Shown here: positions 48,780 through 59,128 of the stretch, piece after piece
Position numbering within the stretch: position 1 is the first letter of the stretch
Layout of the letters: every line of letters starts with the position of its first letter
Assembly (NCBI GenBank): GCA_964487375.1
Contig: CAZAQA010000007.1
Location: 46,168-110,167, forward strand
Direction of reading: 5' to 3'
Length of the DNA: 64,000 nucleotides
Source: an uncultured Anaerolineae bacterium
GTDB lineage: Bacteria > Chloroflexota > Anaerolineae > JAADDB01
The notes under the pieces: generated by a model
What the model saw: the letters and a program-made list of their open reading frames with translations, nothing else
Databases searched by the model: none
Told to the model about the DNA's origin: nothing
Translations under genes and position numbers: made by a program

Positions 48780-51700
48780 TTAAACGGTTAAGTTGCAACG
48801 GTGTGCGAGATTTGTTTGCATTGCCGCGATATGTAAGAAGGTGTGTCGGAGAGCTTCATCTGTGAGATGCTCGGCAACATGGTGGATGATTTGGTGGGCA
48901 GTGACTAACTGTGCTTGGGCTTCTTGATGACGCCCTGCATTGACGTACAACGTGGCTAGTTGGGCGCGTCCTTGCCACCGAAGAGGTTGATAGTGAATTC
49001 CATCTGCCAATTGCACTGCGGCTTCCAATTCGTTGATGGCGTTGACCGTGCGCTTTAACCGAGATAGCGCTGAAGCGCTTAGTGAGCGATACTGGGCCAA
49101 GTACTTGCTTGCCGTAGCCGATTTCGCCAGCGCCAATCCCTCTTCCACTAGCGGAAACACAGCGGCTGGTTGGTTGAGGGCCAGATGACATGATGCTCGG
49201 GCGTGAAGGATGCGCAAGCGCCAGCGCCACGCGTGGAAACCAAAGCTGCCCGCTTTAATTCTGGCCTCGATGCCATCCAGCATTTCCATGGCCTGGCGCG
49301 GTTCTCCCATGTACAGCACATCAAGGCAGACATTGAGCCGGGCGCTCACTTCCGGTGGACCTTTGCCCCACTCTTGGGCCAGGGCAACCCCTTCTTGGTC
49401 CAGGTGCAGGGCCTGTTCAAAGGCCCCTAACTCACGATGAAGCCAGCCCAGCATATTGGGAATTTGGGCGATGAGGTATCCGTCGCCAACGGTCTCCGCC
49501 TCCACCTGGCTACGCTGGAATGCTCTCATCGCTTCTTGGTATTCACCATATCCGCCGTAAGCACGCCCCAGCAGGTTCCACGAGTAGGCCATGGACATTT
49601 TGTCTTCGAGCTCGGTCAGAGGTTGTAGTGCCCGCTTTATAGTAGTGATGGCCTGGGCAAACTCACCACGCTGGGTGTGGAGGAAGCCTGTTTCATTGAG
49701 GACGCAGGCTGCCAAGTGAACATCACTCAACTCGTCACTGAGGGTTTGCGCTCGGGTGATAGTGTCCAGGGCCTGATTTAGCAGTCCCTGGCCTTCGTAG
49801 ATCTCGGTGAGTAGTAACAGGTTTTGGGCGACTAACGCGTTGTCACCTGCCTGTTCGGCCGCGGATAATGCAGCGTAGACGTAGCCGGTGGTCACTTTGT
49901 GCTGTCGGTTGGCAAGCTGGGCTCGCGTGAACAGAAAGCGCGCTCGCCGAACGTTATCTTCGTGCATTTCCGCCAGGTGGATTCCTTGTTTTAGCGCTGC
50001 TGTCGCTCGAGCCGCGTGGTCTAGAAGCATAAAGGCCCGACTCAACCCTTCGTAGGCGTCCATCTCTTGCGCCGCCCCTTCGGCTAGGACTAAGGCTCGT
50101 TCATAGTGTTGTACAGCCTCTTGCAAAGCATAAGTGCGGAGGGCTTTTTCGCCTGCCAACAGCCAATAGACTCGAGCCCGGTTGGTGTCCCGAGCCCGTT
50201 CGAAATGGTAGGCCAAAAGTGCTGGCCGCTCTTTGGTCGATTGTTCCAAGGTTTTTGCAATTTGGCCATGATACATGACCCGACGCGTCTCGCTAAGGTC
50301 GTTGTAGACGACTTCGCGGATTTTGGAGTGACCAAAGTCGTAGCCTTCATCTATCTCTTGCCACAATTCTCGTTGCAGCAGGCTCTCCACGATCTCCAAT
50401 AGATCCAACGGATTCTGGCCAGTGATGGCTTGCAGGGTGGAGAAATCGAAATTCTGGCCAAACACAGCCATCCAACCCAATACCTGTCGCTCCAACGGCG
50501 CCACTTGCTGTAAGCGTCCTCGCACCGATGCTTGAATAGCTTCTGGCAAGGTGATATGAAGGGGTAAGTTCATGGCCGGCGCGGTTTCCTCTAGTTTTCC
50601 CTGTTCTTGCAATGCCTGAAGAATGGACACGAGGAAAAAGGGATTGCCGCTTGTTTCGTCATGAAGCCATTCACACCAGGTAAGAGGTACGACTTCTTGG
50701 GCTACCAGCAGTTCTTTGATATCAGCACTTGAAAGGCGGTCCAGAGTGATAAAAGTTGTGTGCGGCTCGCACTGGAGATGATGAACTAGCGCGGCCAAGT
50801 GCACATTTGCGGCCGCTTCCTCCTGGCGATAGGTGCAAACCAGCAATATCCTTTCAGCGGCGGCGCGTCGAGCCAGGTGGTGGAGAAATTGGAGTGTTGC
50901 CGTATCGGCCCAATGAATATCGTCGACATTGAGCATGAGACCATGTCCTCTAGCCATGGTTGACAACAGGTACACGATGGCCTGGAAAAGGCGTCCCTGC
51001 TGGCTTTTGGTCTGGATGGCGGAGGCGGTGGTCTGGTTTGTAGCAGCGATCTCCGGCGCCAAGGTCACGATTTCTCTCAACCAGGCTGCGGGCAACTCGG
51101 CAATTTTCTCCGGCCACACTGCGTTGATGTGCTGCACTAAATCAATGATGGGTTGGTAGGGGATGGTTTGCTCTACTTGGTAACTCCGGGCGAAGAGGAT
51201 GGTGAGGCCGCTGTTGCCGGCGAACACCGCTGCTTCCCGCATCAAGCGGCTTTTGCCAATGCCTGGCTCACCGCTTAGAAAGACCACGCCACCATGACCC
51301 TGGTTAACCAGGGCAGTTATCTGACTGTATTCGCGCGCTCGGCCCACAAATGGGGTTGGCCTGAGCAGATGGACACTAGCAGGTATCTGCTCAGGGCGTG
51401 GGTAGAGCTTGTCTCTGTCAACACTTGCTACCTGATGACGTTGAATTTGGTGAAAGAGTTCAGTCGTCTGTTGCGCCGGTTTGACGCCTATCTTTTCCCA
51501 CATCACTCGACGCACCTGGTTGTAGAGCTCCAGAGCCTCGGGCTGTTCACCAGTGCAGTAGAGGTACAGCATCAGTTGGCGATAGGTGGACTCGCGGGTG
51601 CTTTCGACTCCAAGACTTTGTCGACACAATCCGATCGCGTGGCGGTATTGCCCCCGACGTGCGTAGCCCTGCGCGAGGTCGGCCAACAAATTCAGGTACT

Positions 51701-52193
51701 GTTCCCGTAGCTGCTCGCGTGGGCCCAGCGCCCACTCTGCATAAGGATCATCCTCCATAAAGTCGCCTTGGTAAAGCTGCCGCGCCTTGTCCAGGGCGTC
51801 AATACGAAGGGCCAAGTCGGCTGTTTTTTGCGCCATATCAAGATAGTGGCTAAAGGCGTCAGCGTCGATCCAATAATCGCTGTTGGGATCGAACAGATAA
51901 CCTTCATCACACTTGACGATGTAATCGGAGGGAGCACGTGGCGGCAAGTCGGGCTGTAGCACGCGTCGTGCCTGTCCCACCGTCACCCAGAGATTATTGC
52001 GGGCCCTTTTGGGCACGAGATTAGGCCAGAGATACTCAATGAGCCGATCCGTCGAAACAAGATGTCCTCGTTTTGTGAGGAGAATTTTGAAGAGTTGCCT
52101 GCTTTTTGACGTCGGCCAGACGTTAGAAGAGATCGTTTCTCCGCCGCGCCACATGTGAAAGGGCCCCAGTGTTTGAATGCGGATATTCGGCAT
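48780..52193 (-). CDS. AfsR/SARP-family large regulator: OmpR-type wHTH, BTAD, STAND/NB-ARC-like ATPase, TPR repeats
   Basis: Trimmed to the ATG giving MPNIRIQTLGPF.... SARP DNA-binding and BTAD region. P-loop GEPGIGKSRL. Long C-terminal TPR-like array. Confidence 0.7.
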   Translation of the reverse strand: MPNIRIQTLGPFHMWRGGETISSNVWPTSKSRQLFKILLTKRGHLVSTDRLIEYLWPNLVPKRARNNLWVTVGQARRVLQPDLPPRAPSDYIVKCDEGYLFDPNSDYWIDADAFSHYLDMAQKTADLALRIDALDKARQLYQGDFMEDDPYAEWALGPREQLREQYLNLLADLAQGYARRGQYRHAIGLCRQSLGVESTRESTYRQLMLYLYCTGEQPEALELYNQVRRVMWEKIGVKPAQQTTELFHQIQRHQVASVDRDKLYPRPEQIPASVHLLRPTPFVGRAREYSQITALVNQGHGGVVFLSGEPGIGKSRLMREAAVFAGNSGLTILFARSYQVEQTIPYQPIIDLVQHINAVWPEKIAELPAAWLREIVTLAPEIAATNQTTASAIQTKSQQGRLFQAIVYLLSTMARGHGLMLNVDDIHWADTATLQFLHHLARRAAAERILLVCTYRQEEAAANVHLAALVHHLQCEPHTTFITLDRLSSADIKELLVAQEVVPLTWCEWLHDETSGNPFFLVSILQALQEQGKLEETAPAMNLPLHITLPEAIQASVRGRLQQVAPLERQVLGWMAVFGQNFDFSTLQAITGQNPLDLLEIVESLLQRELWQEIDEGYDFGHSKIREVVYNDLSETRRVMYHGQIAKTLEQSTKERPALLAYHFERARDTNRARVYWLLAGEKALRTYALQEAVQHYERALVLAEGAAQEMDAYEGLSRAFMLLDHAARATAALKQGIHLAEMHEDNVRRARFLFTRAQLANRQHKVTTGYVYAALSAAEQAGDNALVAQNLLLLTEIYEGQGLLNQALDTITRAQTLSDELSDVHLAACVLNETGFLHTQRGEFAQAITTIKRALQPLTELEDKMSMAYSWNLLGRAYGGYGEYQEAMRAFQRSQVEAETVGDGYLIAQIPNMLGWLHRELGAFEQALHLDQEGVALAQEWGKGPPEVSARLNVCLDVLYMGEPRQAMEMLDGIEARIKAGSFGFHAWRWRLRILHARASCHLALNQPAAVFPLVEEGLALAKSATASKYLAQYRSLSASALSRLKRTVNAINELEAAVQLADGIHYQPLRWQGRAQLATLYVNAGRHQEAQAQLVTAHQIIHHVAEHLTDEALRHTFLHIAAMQTNLAHRCNLTV

Positions 52194-52789
52194 AATCCTT
52201 TCTCTTTGATGTCCGTATTGCTCACATAGTCGCATGGAATGAACTCGCCGTTGGGCCGTGGGACGCTCGAAAGCACCTTGCATCAATGCACAGGTACAAG
52301 GGAACGCATGCAGGACTTGATACTGAGAAAATACGCCAAATATGCGCGAGGATGTGTTGGGATGTGGGGCCTTACATCGAGAGGATCGGTATCCTGGCGC
52401 GTCCCAATGTGGAAACAGTATAGCTTCTGTGCAGGGAAAGGGCAAATCCCTGTAGTTCGATCTGGTTTTCCGTCAATCGCCCTTCTCACCTGCGGGCTGA
52501 GCCTAGCAAGTGGCCATAGCTTCAAAACCGTACAAAATGCTTCCAGCTATCCTGGCTGCCAATTCCTTTTGATTTGTGCCTATTCTTTTTCCCTGTTTCC
52601 TTCATGGCCTTGTTTTCCATGGATTGGAAACGCGAACTCACACGCTCACGCTTCCCTCTCACACCTGTACACAGGAACCGTTCTGGAGGCATGAGGAATG
52701 AGAGGCTACGTGACCAGCGGTCGACGAAAATGATAATTCGAAGAGAAGGACCACTGAGCGGCCTCGTGGACGGGTTACTACAAGGGAGT

Positions 52790-52962
52790 CCTAGTACTCG
52801 GTCAAGAGTCACCTGATGGTAAAAGTGACCCCGCTAAAGGGTCGGAGGCTGCCGAATCCATTCGCCCGGACGGCCACGGGTAGACGAAGGCATTGCTTCG
52901 TCTACCCCGGTTCAGGAAAGTCCATGGCTTATCCATCACTCCATGATTGACCAAATCCTAGC
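52790..52962. repeat. MITE-like dispersed repeat, copy 3 of 3 (about 173 bp); carries the most intact internal hairpin
   Basis: Starts CCTAGTACTCGGTCAAGAGTCACCTGA. Perfect 12-bp hairpin GGGTAGACGAAG/CTTCGTCTACCC. Same orientation as copy 2. Confidence 0.5.
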
Positions 52963-52999
52963 CTTTCACCGGAGAAAGTGCATACCTCTTTATTCTTGC

Positions 53000-54523
53000 T
53001 CACACGTCGTAAAGCATGTCCAGGTATCGCCGGAGCAGGTCGTCCACCATGCCGCGGAATGGAATGGAAGCTGCCATTCCGTACACGGGTGCCATCCCGC
53101 CCTTTTCTCCCGGATGCTCACGCACGTACTCAACAGATTCCCGCAAGTCAAAGAGGAAACGCTCGGTGACGCCGGGTTGCGCGTGCCGGAGCGTCAGGGC
53201 GAGGTGTAGCGCCGGGGGCGATTGCAGTCCGTTCAGGCTCCATCCCCGCCTCGCCATGGCATCCAGCACCCGGTAGATATCGACTTCGTCGGACGTGAAG
53301 GCGATAATCCAGAGGGGCTTCCCCAGAATGCGCAGGCCAGGAATCTCCTCAATGCCGCGCTTGACCCGCTCCGCGGCTTCCAGGATCAGTCGGGTGGCTT
53401 GCAGGTACCCCTTCGCACCCATTTTCACCATGACCGCCCAGCAGACGGCGATGAGTCCGCCGGGACGGCTCCCGGCTATGGAAGGCGAGGCATATAGCCC
53501 GCCCGGCCAGTCGGTGGCGGTGAAATACTGGTACCGGCGCAGTTCCGGCGTTCTGTAAAGTACCACCGACGTCCCTTTGGCCGCGTAACCGTACTTGTGG
53601 GTGTCTACGGACATGGAAGTCACGCCAGGGAGCCGAAAATCGAAGACCGGCACGGGGTAGCCCAGCTTTTCCGCCCAGGGCAGGACGAACCCGCCAAGGC
53701 AGGCATCCGTGTGGAACCCAATGCCTCGTTCGTGGGCCAGTTCTGACATCTCCGGGATCGGGTCGATGACGCCGTGGGGATATCCTGGCGCCGAGCCTAC
53801 CAGAGCGATGGTGTTGTGCGTGATCGCCTTCTCCATGGCCTCCACGTCCGCTCGGAAATCGGGGCCCACCGGTGTCCGGACCGCCTTGATGCCGAAGTAC
53901 TGAGCGGCTTTGTCGAATGCCGGGTGAGCCGTTACCGGCAGCACGATCTCCGGTTTGGTGACCCTTCTCTCCGCCCGGGCCCAATCCCGATAGGCTTTCA
54001 TGGCCATGAGGATGCTCTCCGTGCCGCCGGAGGTCACTGCACCGCACACGCGGGCTTTCGGGTCTATGCGTTGCGCTTCACGGGCATTGAGCATGTTCGC
54101 TGTCATGGAGACGATCTCGGCTTCGTACTTAACGGTGCTGGGCCAGAGGTCGGCGTGGAGGGGATTACTCTGGGAGTTCAGGGCGTAGACCCGGTTGATG
54201 AACTCCACGTGTTCCGGGCCGCCGTGGTAGACCGCCCCGGACGCGTATCCATCCCGCCAGCGCTTCTCTTCTGGCTCGTCGAGGCGCTGCATCAGAGCCA
54301 GTATCTCGTCGGTGCCCATTCCTTCCTGAGGAAGTTCCACGAACTCCGGAGTCTTGCCCCGGTACGGCTTCAGGTCTTCTTCCAAGTCTTTCAGAAGCGC
54401 GTCGTATTCCTTCTCCAGCCGATCTCTCACGCCGGGAAGTTTCCTCATGCCTTTTTCCAACGTACGCGCCACCGGGCGGGGCAGTCGTCCCCCCAAGGCG
54501 TTCAGCAATTTCGTCACGTCCAT
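53000..54523 (-). CDS. PLP-dependent group II decarboxylase-fold enzyme, sphingosine-1-phosphate lyase-like
   Basis: 507 aa. PLP-lysine region [20 protein letters not shown] matches the SPL signature. TSGGTESIL. Confidence 0.75.
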   Translation of the reverse strand: MDVTKLLNALGGRLPRPVARTLEKGMRKLPGVRDRLEKEYDALLKDLEEDLKPYRGKTPEFVELPQEGMGTDEILALMQRLDEPEEKRWRDGYASGAVYHGGPEHVEFINRVYALNSQSNPLHADLWPSTVKYEAEIVSMTANMLNAREAQRIDPKARVCGAVTSGGTESILMAMKAYRDWARAERRVTKPEIVLPVTAHPAFDKAAQYFGIKAVRTPVGPDFRADVEAMEKAITHNTIALVGSAPGYPHGVIDPIPEMSELAHERGIGFHTDACLGGFVLPWAEKLGYPVPVFDFRLPGVTSMSVDTHKYGYAAKGTSVVLYRTPELRRYQYFTATDWPGGLYASPSIAGSRPGGLIAVCWAVMVKMGAKGYLQATRLILEAAERVKRGIEEIPGLRILGKPLWIIAFTSDEVDIYRVLDAMARRGWSLNGLQSPPALHLALTLRHAQPGVTERFLFDLRESVEYVREHPGEKGGMAPVYGMAASIPFRGMVDDLLRRYLDMLYDV

Positions 54524-54696
54524 CTTTCCCTCCTAATCGGGCCTTCGATTTGCTTCGAAAGCTCAAAATCGCTTCAGGGGACATTCCCGACGTTTCTGAA
54601 GCGATCCGCTACTTGCCCGTTGGGGTTGACGTAGACCGATACGGTTTTGGGGATTCCTGGGGACCCAGAAGGTCGCCAGGAATTGCTTCGCCCTCC

Positions 54697-56292
54697 TCAA
54701 TCCCCGAACCGGTTTATCTTGCGGTACAGAGCCTGGTTTCGCTTGTAGATCTCGACGAAAGCATTGAAGAGGTCGTCGTAGACGGTTTTGGTGCCCGGAT
54801 CGGGGGAGAATGTTTGCTCAATCTCCACATATTTGGAATAGCTTTCCAGTGTAGTCAGATTCAGCGCTAACCCGGCCAGCACTCCCAACCCTCGCAATCC
54901 CGCGGCCTGAGGGTCCTTGACCTGTCGGATGGGACGCTGGAGGACGTCGGCGAATATCTGGCACCACACATCGGATCGGCCGCCTCCGCCGATGATGTTG
55001 ATGGGCCCGAAACGACGCTTGACAAATTTCTCCACGTACATCAGGAGCCAACGAGTATTCAGCGCCACTCCCTCGAAGACTGCTCGTACCAGGTCCGCGC
55101 GGGAAATACCCAGGGACAGGTTGTAGAATCCGCCCCGTAAGGTCGGATCGTCTACAGGCGTCCTCTCGCCATAGAGCCAGGGTGTAAAAATGACGCCGCC
55201 GCTGCCGGGAGACGCTTTGGCGGCCATTTCGTCCAAGCGCCGGTAGGCGTTCGCCGGGGCGCGACCAGTGCCCAGAATGTCATCGCCGTAGAACACCTTG
55301 TCTCGGAGGAAGGTGAGGGCGACCCCAGAGGTTTCCTGTTCGTTCGCCACGAAGTACCTTCCCGGGATGGACGACGGCATGGAGGCCATGTTATGGAACA
55401 GGTCGGTCTTCTTGTACGGCACATGGCAGGTGAGCCACGAGGACGTGCCGACATAAATGTGCGGCTCGAAGTCCTTTACCGCCCCGGAACCGAGAACAGG
55501 AGCCTGCACGTCCGGAGCTCCCATGGACACGGGCAGACCTGTCGGCAGATCCATTGCTTCGGCCGCCTCTGGCCGCAGTTCCCCGAGGATGCGGGTCGTA
55601 GGGTAAAGGTCGGGCAGCTTCTCTCGCTCGATTCCTGCCATTCTGAGCAGACGTGGGTGGTAGCGGATATCGTTGATGTCGCGGTTGTCCGTGAGCCAGT
55701 GCAGACCAACGGTAGCATAGTCGGAGGCCATCTTGCCCGTCAGGAGGAAGTTCAGGTAGTCCTTCGGCTCCAGGAACTTGTACGCCTGTCGGTACACCTC
55801 CGGGCGTTTGTTCTTGATGAAGAGAATGTGGGCGATAGAGTCCTTGCCGGAGTGGGTCGGAATGCCACCCGTAAGTCGTATCCACGTCCAGATTTTGTCC
55901 AGCCCGTACCCTTCCACCTTGATCAGGCCGCCGGTGATCTCCTTCACGTAGGGCGCCCCGCGGGTGTCCATCCAGATGATGGCGTTCCCCAATGGCTTCC
56001 CGTCCCGGTCCACGGCCACGGTTCCGGACCAGTGGACGCTGACGGAGAGGGCGACCACCTGCTCTCGTGGTGTTTTGGTTTCGTGGAGCAGTCGCCGTGT
56101 GGTGGATGTGACTACCTTCCACCAGTCCGCCGTGTCCTGCTCCGCGCCCCCTCCGGGGATAAAGTAGGTGGGCGTGGCGTCGGATTCCTCCGTGTACGCC
56201 ACGATCTTGCCGTTTGGAGTCACGAGGCCGACTTTACAGGCGGTGGTACCAAGATCGACAGCCAACACAAGGGGTTTATTCTGTACGGACAT
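54697..56292 (-). CDS. FGGY family carbohydrate/polyol kinase
   Basis: Start at the ATG after GGAAGGAG. FGGY N-terminal (AVDLGTT) and C-terminal domains. Confidence 0.75.
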   Translation of the reverse strand: MSVQNKPLVLAVDLGTTACKVGLVTPNGKIVAYTEESDATPTYFIPGGGAEQDTADWWKVVTSTTRRLLHETKTPREQVVALSVSVHWSGTVAVDRDGKPLGNAIIWMDTRGAPYVKEITGGLIKVEGYGLDKIWTWIRLTGGIPTHSGKDSIAHILFIKNKRPEVYRQAYKFLEPKDYLNFLLTGKMASDYATVGLHWLTDNRDINDIRYHPRLLRMAGIEREKLPDLYPTTRILGELRPEAAEAMDLPTGLPVSMGAPDVQAPVLGSGAVKDFEPHIYVGTSSWLTCHVPYKKTDLFHNMASMPSSIPGRYFVANEQETSGVALTFLRDKVFYGDDILGTGRAPANAYRRLDEMAAKASPGSGGVIFTPWLYGERTPVDDPTLRGGFYNLSLGISRADLVRAVFEGVALNTRWLLMYVEKFVKRRFGPINIIGGGGRSDVWCQIFADVLQRPIRQVKDPQAAGLRGLGVLAGLALNLTTLESYSKYVEIEQTFSPDPGTKTVYDDLFNAFVEIYKRNQALYRKINRFGD

Positions 56293-56628
56293 CTCATCTT
56301 CTCCTTCCACCTGTGAGGGCATGGCTCATCCACGTCCTTGCCGCCGTGGTCATCTTGGCTGGCGAGGCCTCTGGGTGGCAAGCGGTTCCTGGAGATTATA
56401 ACGTTCCAGTGCGAGGAAACGCAACCCACCGGATCGCGTCCCAAGAGACCCGACTGACCCGGTCTCCGACATGGGACCCTCGGCCTTGAACCCCGCCAAA
56501 TGGCCTATGTGCTGCCCCGTCAAATAGCCCTTGTTTTCCCCGCGAGTCATGCTACATTGGATAGAAAGGGCCGATGTACGCCCGACCGCAGATGATGGTC
56601 AACAATTCTCCACAACTGAGGTGAACAA

Positions 56629-57132
56629 ATGGCAAAATCGTACAAGAAGAAGCGACGTCGGAGCTCCTCTCACCGACGGGAGCGGAGATCGTCGCCCCTG
56701 TGGGCCTGGCTGCTTCTCGTGGGAGGCTCATTGGCAACCATTGTGCTGATCGTGTTGGCTGTGCGTTACGCCAGTGGCGCTACGGGTGGAACGTACTATC
56801 CACCGACAGACACCGCAGGTCACGCGGAAACGTCTCCGCCCTCTCACATCCTCGAGCGTCCGCTGCCTCTGGCCACGTTCAAACACATGCTGGAACATGC
56901 GGACGGGAGCGGGCCGCCTGGGGTTATCATCAGCTATAACTGCGATGACTACGACTGCCAGCCGGACTTCGTCGACCGTTTGCGGGCCATTGCCGAGGAC
57001 TACCCCGACTTCGTCTACCTGGCTCCATTCCCCGGCATGACCGCGAAGCTCGCGGTCACGAGGCGGGGAAAACAAGTAATCCTGGACGAGTTCGACGAGC
57101 AGCGGATTCGGAACTTTATCGAGGGGGGATAG
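56629..57132 (+). CDS. DUF3105-like membrane-anchored protein
   Basis: 167 aa. Basic N-terminus plus one TM helix, and a C-terminal soluble domain. Family assignment is from recall only. Confidence 0.4.
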   Translation: MAKSYKKKRRRSSSHRRERRSSPLWAWLLLVGGSLATIVLIVLAVRYASGATGGTYYPPTDTAGHAETSPPSHILERPLPLATFKHMLEHADGSGPPGVIISYNCDDYDCQPDFVDRLRAIAEDYPDFVYLAPFPGMTAKLAVTRRGKQVILDEFDEQRIRNFIEGG

Positions 57133-57185
57133 TAGCACCACCCCGAGGTGTTTACAAAAGAACAGGTTCAGGGGTCACAGGGGAG

Positions 57186-57899
57186 ATGACTACAACAGGA
57201 GCACGCGTGGTGACAGCATTGGACAGTATCAGCCATTGGGTGGCGGCCCACTGGCTGGCCCTGGTCAACACAGCTTGGGGCATACTCGTGACGGTACCCT
57301 GGCTGGCCCCTGTGGCCATGCACAGCGGGTGGACGCGATTGGCCAACGCCATTTACTTCACGTACAGCTTCTTGTGCCACCAGTACGCCAATCGCTCTTT
57401 TTTCCTCTTTGGCCCCAAGGTGATGTACGCGCACACGGAACTGCTCCCCTACGCAGCCAATATCGGCACCTGGTGGGGCTTACGCGCGTTTCGGGGTGCG
57501 CCTGGGCTAGGGTACAAGGTCGCCTGGTCCGACCGCATGGTCTGGATGTATGGGAGCATTTTTGCAGCAGGACTTTTGTTCGCGTTGGTGCGCAGGAAGG
57601 TGCGTCCCCTTCCCTGGCTCGCCTTCGTTCTGCTCCTTGCTCCCCTGGCCCTGGATGGGGGCACCCACTTCATCAGCGACCTGTTTGGCGTGGGACAGGG
57701 ATTTCGATACACCAACGGGTGGCTGGCCGTTCTGACAGGGAACGCGTTGCCCGCGTATTTTTATGTCGGCAACGCCCCGGGATCCTTCAACTTTCTGATG
57801 CGATTCATTACCGGTGTCATCTCCGGTCTGGCCATCGTGTGGTTTGTGTATCCCCGCTTGCAACGAGCTCTTGGTTTGGCAGGACAAAGTGCAAGGTGA
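57186..57899 (+). CDS. DUF2085 family integral membrane protein
   Basis: 237 aa polytopic membrane protein with the CHQ motif region (FLCHQYANRSF). Confidence 0.5.
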   Translation: MTTTGARVVTALDSISHWVAAHWLALVNTAWGILVTVPWLAPVAMHSGWTRLANAIYFTYSFLCHQYANRSFFLFGPKVMYAHTELLPYAANIGTWWGLRAFRGAPGLGYKVAWSDRMVWMYGSIFAAGLLFALVRRKVRPLPWLAFVLLLAPLALDGGTHFISDLFGVGQGFRYTNGWLAVLTGNALPAYFYVGNAPGSFNFLMRFITGVISGLAIVWFVYPRLQRALGLAGQSAR

Positions 57900-58197
57900 G
57901 CCAGAGGTCGCTTGTAACAGCCGCAGGTCTCCTCTATACTCCGAAAGGGCATTGCAGGAACGCGCGCAGCATGGCCTCATCTGCTCACTACAGAAAAGAC
58001 GTGTGCTATGATTCTCTTTCGGGTTGGTCGGTGTGGGAACCTGCAAAGTAGGATACGTATAGGCCATTCGGCGGGGGAAAGGCCGCGCTGAATGGCGGTT
58101 GTAGCAAAGGGGTGAAGGTGTCATAATAAAACCAGAAAAGTGCGTTTTGTTTTGTGCCCATCGCGAGGGGCTTCAAGCTGGAGGAAGGAACAGATCT

Positions 58198-58641
58198 ATG
58201 AAGAGACGTCATCTGGTCATGCTTATCAGCACACTAGTTTTGATCGGTACGGTGACCGCGTGCGCGGGCGGGAGTGAACGGAAGCCCCCGACGGCTCGGG
58301 ATTCCCAGAAGAACGCGGACGGTTATGTGGACATTTCTGTGGACCGGCTGGCCCAAATGTTGGAGGACAAAAACGTTGTGCTCGTCAACGTTCACATCCC
58401 TTACGAGGGAGAGATTCCTGGCACCGATCTCTTCATCCCGTTCAACGCCATTGCAGACAATCTGGACAAGTTGCCTGATAAGAACGCACGGATCGTGCTT
58501 TACTGCCGCAGTGGCTCAATGAGCACGGTTGCAGCCAGGACCCTGGCTTCGCTGGGGTACACGAATGTCTATGAACTAGACGGCGGCTTCAATGCCTGGA
58601 AGGCCAGTGGCCGACCTCTTGTCGGGCAACAATCACAGTAA
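58198..58641 (+). CDS. Rhodanese-domain lipoprotein (sulfurtransferase-like)
   Basis: Start at the ATG after GGAGGAAGGA. Lipobox (VTACAGG). Active-site loop CRSGSMS. Confidence 0.7.
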   Translation: MKRRHLVMLISTLVLIGTVTACAGGSERKPPTARDSQKNADGYVDISVDRLAQMLEDKNVVLVNVHIPYEGEIPGTDLFIPFNAIADNLDKLPDKNARIVLYCRSGSMSTVAARTLASLGYTNVYELDGGFNAWKASGRPLVGQQSQ

Positions 58642-58676
58642 GGGCGGCCCGCAGAGCGCCCTCAGGAGGAATGAAT

Positions 58677-59078
58677 ATGGAATACACACAGTACGGTATC
58701 CGGATCAAGGTCAATATGTCCTACGAACAAGCTGTCGAGAAGGTGACAGCCGCGCTTAAGCAGGAAGGCTTCGGCATCCTGACCACCATTGACGTGAAGG
58801 AAACGCTGAAAAAGAAGTTAGACGTGGACTTTCGCAAATACGTCATCCTGGGCGCGTGTAATCCGCCTTTGGCCTATCGCGCCTTAACTGCGGAGCAGGA
58901 GATCGGTTTGCTGCTCCCCTGCAATGTCATCATTTACGAAGGGGCTGGGGTCACCATCGTGGCCGCGGCTGATCCTATTCCCATGATGGGCATCGTTGGG
59001 AATGAGGCACTGAATGAAGTGGCGCGAGAAGCGCGAACACGCCTGGTGCGCGCCCTGAGTGCGGTTGAGGGACGATAG
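58677..59078 (+). CDS. DUF302 domain protein
   Basis: About 133 aa. DUF302-like pattern ([24 protein letters not shown]). Confidence 0.55.
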   Translation: MEYTQYGIRIKVNMSYEQAVEKVTAALKQEGFGILTTIDVKETLKKKLDVDFRKYVILGACNPPLAYRALTAEQEIGLLLPCNVIIYEGAGVTIVAAADPIPMMGIVGNEALNEVAREARTRLVRALSAVEGR

Positions 59079-59128
59079 ACGAGACTCGTTCATTGTTTTA
59101 TTGTCCATCACCCGGAGAGGAGGTCACC

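Noticed and set aside
52400-52440. GTTCGATC motif resembling a tRNA T-loop in the regulator leader
   Set aside because: The flanking sequence does not form a T-arm or an acceptor stem. No cloverleaf could be built.
48780-52445. Upstream 84 codons of the AfsR-like ORF, and the upstream 20 to 33 codons of the ecfA, copB, rhodanese and giant-protein ORFs
   Set aside because: Internal ATG starts with good RBS motifs coincide with the conserved domain starts. The longer versions add non-conserved, low-complexity N-termini.
2681-52962. Possibility that the three repeats are a CRISPR array or rRNA/tRNA-related elements
   Set aside because: The copies are ~180 bp, dispersed tens of kb apart, and lack the short regular repeat-spacer organisation. 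No cas genes are present.
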